DNA of 13,160 nucleotides from Elusimicrobiota bacterium (GCA_043819795.1 JBDREN010000207.1:1-13160), one strand, 5' to 3'. Positions 1 to 6,864 are shown, counted from the stretch's first letter. Notes: generated by a model not told the origin, from the sequence alone. Translations and numbers: made by a program.

Positions 1-46
1 AAAATCTTGGTGGGGGGTCTTGCCGCCACACTTCCCCGGTCTTCGA

Positions 47-61
47 CCCCCCCCCCCCCCC
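47..61 (+). repeat. C15 homopolymer tract in the putative promoter of the first CDS
   Basis: 15 consecutive C (47-61), 14 nt upstream of a TAAAAT -10-like hexamer (76-81). Confidence 0.8.
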
Positions 62-92
62 GCTTCGCTAAAAGATAAAATACCGTGGCCCA

Positions 93-842
93 ATGACCCG
101 TACACACCCGCGTTTCTCCGCTCGCCCCGCGGACCGACCCCCCGTAGCGGGGCCGCGCTTCGCCCGCCCATGCTCGCGGGGCCCAGGTGTTGAAGGCTTC
201 CACCCCGCCGGGCCTTGGCCCCGGAGCCCGGGCCTTGCCGGCTTCCGGGTCTGCCTGGCGCTGGCGGCCCTGGCCGGGCTTCTCGGGGCGGCCGCCTGCA
301 CGTCCCCTCCCCGCTTCGTGCGCCGGATGCCCCTGCTGCGTTTGCTGCACCGTCCTTGGGGCATGCCCTATTTCGGGGATCCGAGGTTCTCGTTCCAGGT
401 TAAGAAGGACTGGGTCGGACCCGAGGCGCTCGATGACGGGGTCCGGTTCTCGGATCCCAAGGGGCGCGGCCGGCTGGAGATCTTCTTCCACAAGAAGGGC
501 ACGCCCGGCTGGAAAGAGCCGGGCGCGTACCGCCGGTTCATGCGCGAGCAGGGCTCGACCGAAGACGCCCACGTGCTCGACGAGATCGTCATATCCTCCA
601 GGGCCGCCAGCGTCGCCCGCTTCACGACCTACCTGTACGCCCCCGCGTTCCTGCTGGGGACCAAAGTGGACGTTGCGACGACGGTCCTGATTCTGGCGCC
701 CTCCCCGCAAGGGAACTTCGTGATCCGCTTCGAGACCGTGAGGGAGCGCTTCCCCGGCCTTTATCGCGTACTGCGCGAGTTCCTGGAAACGCTCACGCTG
801 TCGGAACCCGGGATCCCCAAGACGATAGAGATAGTCCCATAG
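93..842 (+). CDS. Putative lipoprotein with PsbP/Mog1-like domain
   Basis: 249 aa ORF; hydrophobic stretch ending in lipobox-like LLGAAA|C; 'FSFQVKKDW' start and strand + amphipathic helix end (GNFVIRF...LREFLETLTL) resemble PsbP-like folds; start codon uncertain because of a long low-complexity N-terminus. Confidence 0.7.
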   Translation: MTRTHPRFSARPADRPPVAGPRFARPCSRGPGVEGFHPAGPWPRSPGLAGFRVCLALAALAGLLGAAACTSPPRFVRRMPLLRLLHRPWGMPYFGDPRFSFQVKKDWVGPEALDDGVRFSDPKGRGRLEIFFHKKGTPGWKEPGAYRRFMREQGSTEDAHVLDEIVISSRAASVARFTTYLYAPAFLLGTKVDVATTVLILAPSPQGNFVIRFETVRERFPGLYRVLREFLETLTLSEPGIPKTIEIVP

Positions 843-854
843 GGACCGGTACGG

Positions 855-942
855 CCCCACACCCCTACCCTCTCCCGCGGGGAGAGGGCAGCGATTCGGC
901 CCCCTCTTATCCCCGCGTCCCTCCCCGCGGGGGAGGGACGCG
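855..942. repeat. Pair of related GC hairpins (REP/BoxC-like intergenic palindromes, possible terminator)
   Basis: CCCTCTCCC-gcg-GGGAGAGGG (868-888) and CGCGTCCCTCCCC-gcg-GGGGAGGGACGCG (914-942); same GCG loop and similar stems, just after the stop at 842. Confidence 0.75.
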
Positions 943-946
943 TACT

Positions 947-1036
947 AGGCCCTAAGGCCCAATCGCGGATGGGCCTCCCGAGACCCCTTCTCTTGGGCCC
1001 GCCGACCCTTCAAAATCCGAGGGCCGCGGCTATACT
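947..1036 (+). promoter_or_regulatory. Promoter of PilZ gene 1 with three GGNC-N4-GNCC boxes/half-boxes
   Basis: AGGCC-CTAA-GGCCC (947-960), GGGCC half-site (971), GGGCC-CGCC-GACCC (995-1008), exact 24-nt period; TATACT at 1031-1036. Confidence 0.65.
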
Positions 1037-1046
1037 GCATAGTGAC

Positions 1047-1625
1047 ATGAGACTCACCCAACTTCTGCGCAAAACGGTCCGCAAAAACACGGCCTCGGAC
1101 CCCGACCCCTCAGCCTCTTCCAACCAGGAGAGGCGCCGCTACGCGCGTCACGCCAAGGAGATGGACATCTCCCTGCTCGACGCGCGTCGCCGGCCTGCGG
1201 ACGAGGCCGTCCGTTTGATCGACATGAGCTGCGGCGGGCTCGCCATCGAGTCCAGCCGGCAGTTTGCCGTCGGGGACACCCTGGGCTTCCAGCTGTGCCT
1301 GGGGGAAGGCCGGCCGCTCGCCGCCATGGCTCGCGTGCGGTGGGCGCGGCCAGACGGTTATTACTACGCCTACGGGCTCAAGCTCGAGGGGATGGGCTAC
1401 CTCGCGCGCGAGCGCCTCGTGCGCGCGCTCAACCCCCGCCACGTAGGGTTCCAGGAGTTCGCCACGCTCTTCATGCAGGCGGCCGCCACGATGCTCGGCG
1501 CCTACGTGGTGATCGATTGGATCTCCTCCGACCCGCGACTCCTCAACGCCGCCCTCACGGGCCTGCCCTGGCTGCTCTTCGCCGGCGCCTTTGCCATAGG
1601 CCTGTGGTCGCTGCGCCACCGCTGA
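1047..1625 (+). CDS. PilZ-domain protein with two C-terminal transmembrane helices
   Basis: ERRRYARH (RxxxR) and DMSCGG (DxSxxG) c-di-GMP motifs, ARVRW strand, two hydrophobic helices; start moved from 969 to ATG 1047 because TATACT lies at 1031-1036. Confidence 0.9.
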   Translation: MRLTQLLRKTVRKNTASDPDPSASSNQERRRYARHAKEMDISLLDARRRPADEAVRLIDMSCGGLAIESSRQFAVGDTLGFQLCLGEGRPLAAMARVRWARPDGYYYAYGLKLEGMGYLARERLVRALNPRHVGFQEFATLFMQAAATMLGAYVVIDWISSDPRLLNAALTGLPWLLFAGAFAIGLWSLRHR

Positions 1626-1661
1626 TACGTGGCTGTCCGACCGGCTGGTTGACGATCTCCT

Positions 1662-1734
1662 AGGGCCCAAGCCCACATAGGCCTTTGGCCCCATGAAGTT
1701 TCAATCCCCCTGACTTACCCTTATAGAACAGAGG
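1662..1734 (+). promoter_or_regulatory. Promoter of PilZ gene 2 with two GGNC-N4-GNCC boxes
   Basis: AGGGC-CCAA-GCCCA (1662-1675), AGGCC-TTTG-GCCCC (1679-1692), TACCCT -10-like 23 nt later (1716-1721), GAGG RBS 1731-1734. Confidence 0.55.
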
Positions 1735-1739
1735 CTTTT

Positions 1740-2201
1740 ATGGAAGGACCCCCCGGAGGCGTGGAGCGGCGAAAATTCACGCGGTACGACCGCGAGGAAG
1801 TCGGCATCGCTATCTTCGAGGGCGACCGGGAGCTTCCCGAGGTGCTCTTGAGGGACATCAGCGTCCACGGGCTCGGGCTGCGTCTGCCGGAGCGGGTCGC
1901 GCCGGGCACCGAGCTGCGCTTCCGGCTGGACCTGCCCAAGGGGCCGGTCTCCGGCGAGGGCGAGATGATCTGGATCGAGCCCCACGACCTCGGCTACTGG
2001 GGCGGTTTCGAGTTCCGCCGCCTAGGCTGGAACGAGACTCGAAAGCTCAAGCTCTGCCTGGAGCCGGGCAGCTTCGACTGGCTGCGCCTTTTCGATAAAG
2101 CCCTGGCCGTGGCCGCCGCGGCGATAGCGCTGCTCGTGATCGCGGACCTGCTGGGGATCGTCCCGAGCAAAAGCCTCTTCAGTCTCTTCTCCGGACACTG
2201 A
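1740..2201 (+). CDS. PilZ-domain protein with one C-terminal transmembrane helix
   Basis: ERRKFTRY and DISVHG motifs, GEMIW strand, hydrophobic ALAVAAAAIALLVIADLLGIV; same layout as the upstream gene. Confidence 0.9.
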   Translation: MEGPPGGVERRKFTRYDREEVGIAIFEGDRELPEVLLRDISVHGLGLRLPERVAPGTELRFRLDLPKGPVSGEGEMIWIEPHDLGYWGGFEFRRLGWNETRKLKLCLEPGSFDWLRLFDKALAVAAAAIALLVIADLLGIVPSKSLFSLFSGH

Positions 2202-3290
2202 CTAGAAGCTTTCCCGGCAGCGCGGGTCGAGCGCGTCCCGCATGAAGAGCCTGGGGCCTTCGTCGGTGAGCTGGAAGCCCCAGCGCTCATGGCCCCAGAG
2301 CGGCTTCTTCTTGGTGTGGGCGAGGATGAACGGGGTCCCCCGTTGGCTCGGGTCGTAGGCCACGAAAGCGAGGTTCTGAGTCTCGCTCATGAGCTCGCGC
2401 GGCATCCCCACGCACGCGCCGACAGGCTTGTCCCCCTCGAAAAGGCGCATGCAGCGGCGGTGGGAGCGGGAGATCTCCACGTCCTCGACCAGCACGAAAG
2501 CTTCCCGCAGCCCCCGGTAGCGGACCTTTGAGCCGAAGTCGATCTTCATGCGCATCTGCTCCGCGTCCGGCCGGGCCGCGAAACGCTGCCCCTCCTCGTC
2601 GTCCACCGCGATCTGGAAGGCGCCCGAATCGACCTCGGCGATGACGGTCTCGCGGATCACCGAGCCCAGCCGCCCGTAGACGCTCTCGTCCACCTCGTTG
2701 CTCAGCGCGTAGAAGAGCGCCTTCGACGCGTCGAACTTGCTGCCCTTGCGCAGGATGACGGCGATGATCGGCTTGCCCACCCGCTTGAAATTGAGCGCGG
2801 ACTTGGCGGAGAGCAGGTATCCCGGCGTCGGCACGGGATTGAACCCCTCGCAGGCGGCCTCGTAGGTGCGCGTGGAGCTGGCCGCGTAGAACTCGTCGAT
2901 GCCGCGCGAGCCGATGACCACCATGCGCGAGCCCTTGCGGACCAGGCGCTTGCCGCCCTTGGGGACCCGCTCGATGAGCATCCACCTGGCTCCGGCCTCG
3001 TATACCGCGAAGATGCCGGGCACGCGGCTCCCGGACTGGGGAGCCGGCGAGCCGGCGGGCTTCCCCCGCGCCGGACCTTGCTCGCGGGGCTCGAGCGTTG
3101 GCTCCTCCTGCGCTTGGCGCACCGCCGGCCCGACCTGGATATCGCCCCGCGACCCCTTCCGCTTCTCCGAGACGTCCGCGGGTCCGGCGCCCGGCTCCCC
3201 GGGATCCACCGAGATGACGCCCGTACCCCATAGCGCGGATGAGAGAGAGAGCGAGAAGGCCAGCAGAAAATTGGCGGCAAGCACGATCAA
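2202..3290 (-). CDS. Hypothetical exported protein
   Basis: 362 aa ORF, TTG start with GGGGAG RBS, TAAAAT at 3320-3315, N-terminal hydrophobic signal, Pro/Gly linker, then a globular region with 4 Cys; stop abuts the convergent PilZ stop. Confidence 0.8.
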   Translation of the reverse strand: MIVLAANFLLAFSLSLSSALWGTGVISVDPGEPGAGPADVSEKRKGSRGDIQVGPAVRQAQEEPTLEPREQGPARGKPAGSPAPQSGSRVPGIFAVYEAGARWMLIERVPKGGKRLVRKGSRMVVIGSRGIDEFYAASSTRTYEAACEGFNPVPTPGYLLSAKSALNFKRVGKPIIAVILRKGSKFDASKALFYALSNEVDESVYGRLGSVIRETVIAEVDSGAFQIAVDDEEGQRFAARPDAEQMRMKIDFGSKVRYRGLREAFVLVEDVEISRSHRRCMRLFEGDKPVGACVGMPRELMSETQNLAFVAYDPSQRGTPFILAHTKKKPLWGHERWGFQLTDEGPRLFMRDALDPRCRESF

Positions 3291-3410
3291 TAGACTCCCC
3301 GAAGAGATCTCCCAATTTTACATATGCCCGCCAAGGCGCGCAAGGCTGGCGGCCGGCCCGGGATTCGCCGCCCCCGTCATCCGCCTGAATTAGTAGAATG
3401 AATCAGATCC

Positions 3411-3527
3411 ATGCCAGGAGAGCCCCGCATCATCCGCGGAGATGAGAATCCGGATCAGTATCTGCGCTCCGAATCCGCGCGCGAGAAGGTGCGCGAGGCG
3501 GTGGAGCGCTGGATGGGCCCGGCATGA
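3411..3527 (+). CDS. Small 38 aa protein, not in the ORF track (MPGEPRIIRGDENPDQYLRSESAREKVREAVERWMGPA)
   Basis: TAGAAT at 3394-3399 upstream; its TGA overlaps the next ATG (ATGA 3524-3527); plausible amphipathic helix. Confidence 0.6.
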   Translation: MPGEPRIIRGDENPDQYLRSESAREKVREAVERWMGPA

Positions 3528-3850
3528 AGTATCACAAGCACCTGAGCGCGGAGCGGGTCCGGCGGATGCCCTGGCGGACTCAAGTGGGGATGATCGCTTC
3601 GGAGCTCTCCCGAGTCCGGCATCTCAGCGACCAGGGGGGCGGTCCCGAGGTGACGGGCTGTCTGCACCGGGCCCGCGAGCTCCTGGGGGTCTTGGATTCC
3701 GTTCCCGGCCTTCCGAGAGAAGCCGCACCCAAGCTGGCGGAGCTGGCCCGGGAGTTAAGCCTCAGCCGGCTGTCCGAAGCGCCCGCCAAGGCGGAGACCT
3801 TATATCGCGAATTGATGGCTCTATATTCCCACCGCTCCGTCGCGCCGTGA
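3524..3850 (+). CDS. Hypothetical all-helical protein (108 aa)
   Basis: MKYHKHLS...QVGMIASELSRVR...CLHRARELL; amphipathic helices suggest a helical bundle; coupled to the small ORF; followed by hairpin 3857-3887. Confidence 0.75.
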   Translation: MKYHKHLSAERVRRMPWRTQVGMIASELSRVRHLSDQGGGPEVTGCLHRARELLGVLDSVPGLPREAAPKLAELARELSLSRLSEAPAKAETLYRELMALYSHRSVAP

Positions 3851-3856
3851 CGGCGG

Positions 3857-3956
3857 CCGATCCGGTAGGCCCTTGGTCCCGGATCGGTGGGGGCCTTCTT
3901 TTCGGCCGCGGAGGGCCCAAACGGCCCCTGCCGTTTTCCGGCGGATATCGCATAAT
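3857..3956 (+). promoter_or_regulatory. Hairpin plus promoter with GGNC-N4-GNCC box array
   Basis: Stem CCGATCCGG/CCGGATCGG (3857-3865/3879-3887); AGGCC-CTTG-GTCCC (3867-3880), GGGCC (3891), imperfect box GGGCCCAAACGGCCC (3913-3927); CATAAT at 3951-3956. Confidence 0.6.
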
Positions 3957-3966
3957 ATGCTTGAAG

Positions 3967-4836
3967 ATGCCTAGTTTCGCGCTTGTCGTCCTGGCCTGCG
4001 CCCTGCTCCTGAACGCGGCCCCGGTCTCCGCGCAGGAGGCGCTCTCCCAGCTCCGCGCCGTCGCGGGGGACGCCGCCGTCGAGGAGGCTCAGTCCGAGGT
4101 CCCGGAGGTCGGGCCCGTGGACGTGCTGGAGCTGACCGTCCTGGAATTTCCCGGCGGCGTGCGCGTGCGGGGGACCGACCCCATCGCCTGGAACCGGGAG
4201 CCCGACGCCTCCGTCGTGCTCGATGAGATATTCAGCCGCCACTGGACGGCGGACTCCTACCCGTCCGGGGACAAGCCGACCTACCTGAGCATAACCTACG
4301 ACCGCGTGGGCGACCCCTACCTCTCGGTCCTGGCCCCCGGCTGGGAGACGCCGCGCTTCTATAAGTTCGAGGGCGGCATGAAGGGCGAGTGGGAGGCCGG
4401 CGGCGAGACCTACAAGCTCAGCCTCTCGGTCAACATCTTCCGCCGGCGCACCGCCAACTACATCGTCATCAAGAAGGAAGGCGAGAAGGATCCCGTCTAC
4501 CAGAAGCGCATCGAGGAGCTGGGCGACATGGCTTTCGCGGTCGGCCGGGAAGTGATCGTGAGCGGCGAGGCGTACCGGCTCTTCTTCTCGTACGGGATCA
4601 AGGGCGAGTCCACGGCCGTCGTCGATCCCGATACTTTCGGCTTCGTGCTCATCTACGACAAGGGAAAGAAGTACAAGGGGGTGTTCCCCACCTTCATCAT
4701 CCCCTACGACGACCTGGGCGGGGGCAGGACCGTCCGCTACGAGCTCTACAAGAAACAGGAAGTCGGCCTCCGGCTCTCGCCGGGCGGCGGCTCCCTGGAG
4801 ATCTACGACCTCTCTACTCCAAAGACAGCAAGCTGA
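3967..4836 (+). CDS. Hypothetical secreted protein (289 aa), beta-rich
   Basis: Start moved from 3442 to ATG 3967: signal peptide MPSFALVVLACALLLNAAPVSA|Q follows the CATAAT promoter; strong GC3 bias from there; 3' end overlaps the convergent gene by 23 nt. Confidence 0.85.
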   Translation: MPSFALVVLACALLLNAAPVSAQEALSQLRAVAGDAAVEEAQSEVPEVGPVDVLELTVLEFPGGVRVRGTDPIAWNREPDASVVLDEIFSRHWTADSYPSGDKPTYLSITYDRVGDPYLSVLAPGWETPRFYKFEGGMKGEWEAGGETYKLSLSVNIFRRRTANYIVIKKEGEKDPVYQKRIEELGDMAFAVGREVIVSGEAYRLFFSYGIKGESTAVVDPDTFGFVLIYDKGKKYKGVFPTFIIPYDDLGGGRTVRYELYKKQEVGLRLSPGGGSLEIYDLSTPKTAS

Positions 4837-5743
4837 GGAAGGTCTCGAATGCCTCGTGCTCCCGCCTAAACGAGTGCCTTGCCGCGCGGAACCGCAATAC
4901 TAGAAATCCTCCGGGGATGTCGCGCAGGTGCACGCATTCGCGCTCCACGCGGCGGGACGCCCCGTGGGTCCACTCCTCGCGCGCCATGATGCGCAGGCGG
5001 CGCCTGCTGGGCTTGGGGATCCTCGGTACCGTCTCGCCCTGCGCCACGGCCCACGCCACCGTCGAGCCGAAGCAGGTCGCGAGCAGCCGACGGTCGCCCC
5101 GTCCCCCGTGCTCGGCTTGGAACTCCTCCAGCCGTTCCTTGGCCCGCAGGCGCCTATAGTCTCCGAGCAGGCCCCAGGCCCCGAGCTTGCGGCAGCGGTA
5201 TAGGCGGTAGGCGTTCCCTCCCGGCGGAAAGCGGCGTCTTTCGAAGAGGCTCAGCCGCGGGGGGCGTATAGCGGCGCCGAGGGCGTCCGCGTAGGGGTCG
5301 TTGGGCTGGATGCGCCTATCGAAGGAAGTGAACTCGATGCCGTGATACACCTCGAAAGACCGGCCGCCGATACTGTGCCGGCCGAGCGACACTTCCCCTG
5401 GCCGGGGGTTCAGGTTGCGCAGGAAGCTTTCTTTGGACACGGCGTTCCCGTCGGCCTCGCTGTAGCGCTCGACCACGATGGCCGCCTCCCCCTCGTAGAC
5501 ATCCTTGGAGAACACCGCGACGACCGGCGCCGTAAGCCTCCCCTCGGAGCGCCGGTAGCCCTCCGGCACCAAGGCGCGAAACAAGAGCCGCCCGCCGGGC
5601 TCCGCGGCGGCGGTCGAGCGCGCCGCCTCGTAGAAGGGCTCGGCCCGCGGCTTCTGGGAGAGCGGGTCCTCGGGGGAGTACGCCGGCCGCGAGCCGGAGC
5701 AGGCCGCGGCGAGCAGGCACAAGAGCGCGATGGAGCGCTTCAT
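4814..5743 (-). CDS. Putative lipoprotein, distant relative of 93..842 (PsbP-like core with insertion)
   Basis: MKRSIALLCLLAAA|CSGS lipobox; C-terminus GGFLVLRFRAARHSFRREHEAFETFLSLLSL aligns by eye with QGNFVIRFETVRERFPGLYRVLREFLETLTL; TAGAAT (5755-5750) 6 nt before the ATG. Confidence 0.8.
   Translation of the reverse strand: MKRSIALLCLLAAACSGSRPAYSPEDPLSQKPRAEPFYEAARSTAAAEPGGRLLFRALVPEGYRRSEGRLTAPVVAVFSKDVYEGEAAIVVERYSEADGNAVSKESFLRNLNPRPGEVSLGRHSIGGRSFEVYHGIEFTSFDRRIQPNDPYADALGAAIRPPRLSLFERRRFPPGGNAYRLYRCRKLGAWGLLGDYRRLRAKERLEEFQAEHGGRGDRRLLATCFGSTVAWAVAQGETVPRIPKPSRRRLRIMAREEWTHGASRRVERECVHLRDIPGGFLVLRFRAARHSFRREHEAFETFLSLLSLE
5433..5519. repeat. 87-bp direct repeat, copy 1 (inside lipoprotein CDS)
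   Basis: Identical to 6527-6613 except GG (5507-5508) vs AA (6601-6602). Confidence 0.95.
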
Positions 5744-5776
5744 GCCCCGATTCTACCGAATTTCGAAACGGGAAAC

Positions 5777-5870
5777 GGTGCCGTGCTTGACTTTCGGGAC
5801 ATCCAGGGCGAATTTGGGACCGATGCTGATCACCAAAGTCCGACAATTCCCAAAAGTCAAGCACGGCGCC
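5777..5870. repeat. 23-bp inverted repeat around a 48-bp spacer (REPIN/MITE-like)
   Basis: GGTGCCGTGCTTGACTTTCGGGA (5777-5799) vs TCCCAAAAGTCAAGCACGGCGCC (5848-5870), 21/23 complementary; intergenic. Confidence 0.85.
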
Positions 5871-5953
5871 TTCTTTGGACCCCCACCGAACTCGCGGCGG
5901 TTTGAGTTTCACTGTCGGGCGGGATAGGACCCCTGAGGGGCGAGAGGATCGTT

Positions 5954-6343
5954 CTACGACTTCGACTCTATGACGGACAGCCTTCTTTCGTGGTCCTTGA
6001 GCCGCTCGCCGTGGGCGTCCAGCGTCCTGGGAATCGTAACGGACTCGCGGGCGTAGGTTTGGAGATCGCTCAAAAAGGAGTCTATGGTTTTCGTGACCCG
6101 CTCGAATCCCCGGGTCATCTCTTTTCGGAGGGTTTGCTCCAGAGCGTCAAACCTCCCCGAATGCTTGACCACCTCAACGGCGACGCGATCGATCTTTCGA
6201 TCGAGTCCATGAATATCGGCCTTCAGCGTCTGCTCGACCGCCTTAAGCTCGGAACGAAGCGCCCCGACGTCGTCCTTCAGCGCCTGCTCAACCGCCTGCA
6301 ATTGGACCTGTGTCGCGGGCTTGCCGCCGTTCTCGGTGGGCAT
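5954..6343 (-). CDS. Coiled-coil hypothetical protein (129 aa) with 18-aa internal repeat
   Basis: LQAVEQALKDDVGALRSE / LKAVEQTLKADIHGLDRK repeats, C-terminal LKDHERRLSVIE; extended -10 TGC-TAACAT (6358-6350) 6 nt before the ATG. Confidence 0.8.
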   Translation of the reverse strand: MPTENGGKPATQVQLQAVEQALKDDVGALRSELKAVEQTLKADIHGLDRKIDRVAVEVVKHSGRFDALEQTLRKEMTRGFERVTKTIDSFLSDLQTYARESVTIPRTLDAHGERLKDHERRLSVIESKS

Positions 6344-6349
6344 TGGCCA

Positions 6350-6407
6350 ATGTTAGCAGTTTCCCCGCGGCACCGACAGGGTCCAAAGGCCCAGGTCTTC
6401 CGGGGTC
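6350..6407 (-). promoter_or_regulatory. Promoter of the coiled-coil gene with GGNC-N4-GNCC box
   Basis: TAACAT at 6355-6350; GGGTC-CAAA-GGCCC at 6379-6392, 23 nt upstream; another GGGTC half-site 24 nt further (6403). Confidence 0.6.
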
Positions 6408-6526
6408 CACCATCTCCGACGGAGCGTGAAGTGCCGCCGGTGCGGCCCGCGTTTGACCGCCGGCAAGGGGAAGGGCTCCCAAGAACGCGCCGCCAGAGGC
6501 CCGTTTTCGGGCTTGCCTGACGGCCA

Positions 6527-6613
6527 TTGGACACGGCGTTCCCGTCGGCCTCGCTGTAGCGCTCGACCACGATGGCCGCCTCCCCCTCGTAGACATCCTT
6601 AAAGAACACCGCG
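6527..6613. repeat. 87-bp direct repeat, copy 2 (intergenic fragment of the lipoprotein gene)
   Basis: 85/87 identical to 5433-5519, same orientation, offset 1094 bp; flanks unrelated to the CDS. Confidence 0.95.
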
Positions 6614-6801
6614 GTAAATACGGTCGGGAAACTGTCTCAAACTGCTTGACACATTCCGAGAGGCGGAGGATTCAGGAAGCCTTGCGGAAGTCAAGATGTG
6701 CTGCCCCACCCCGGTCGGGACGCCCGGATGCCCCGGTCCCAGGGACCGGCCGTGTCGCCGCCCTGGTCTTATAGAAGAATTTAGGTGATTAATAATAGGC
6801 C

Positions 6802-6864
6802 TTGCAACATATATACTTGTTAGCTATAATATCACTATATAGATAATTAAATCTATTTATAGAT
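6802..6864 (+). promoter_or_regulatory. Sigma70-type promoter and tandem palindromic operator of the Xre operon
   Basis: TTGCAA (6802-6807) - 17 nt - TATAAT (6825-6830); ATCACT-AT-ATAGAT (6831-6844) and ATCTAT-TT-ATAGAT (6851-6864); 6781-6864 is only 19/84 G+C. Confidence 0.8.

Noticed and set aside
947..1008. Periodic GGNCC motifs as a CRISPR array
   Set aside because: Units are too short and degenerate, the period is only 24 bp, and there are no cas genes
3344..3374. Box-like GC motifs in the divergent 3290/3411 promoter region
   Set aside because: Only half-site matches, compatible with chance at this GC content
3442..3966. N-terminal 175 aa of the 464 aa ORF
   Set aside because: Overlaps the better 38 aa and 108 aa genes and a promoter; the signal peptide starts at 3967
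6277..6609. 110 aa minus-strand ORF starting MFFKDVYEGEAAIVVERY
   Set aside because: Only the first 27 or so codons are protein-like because they are the duplicated fragment; the rest crosses a promoter and another gene
5433..6613. 87-bp repeat pair as DGR template/variable repeats
   Set aside because: Only two adjacent mismatches, which are T vs C on the coding strand rather than adenine-specific; the repeat is mid-gene; no reverse transcriptase in the window
6646..6674. Perfect TTGACA as a promoter -35
   Set aside because: No acceptable -10 at 16-18 nt; the Xre gene has its own promoter at 6802-6830
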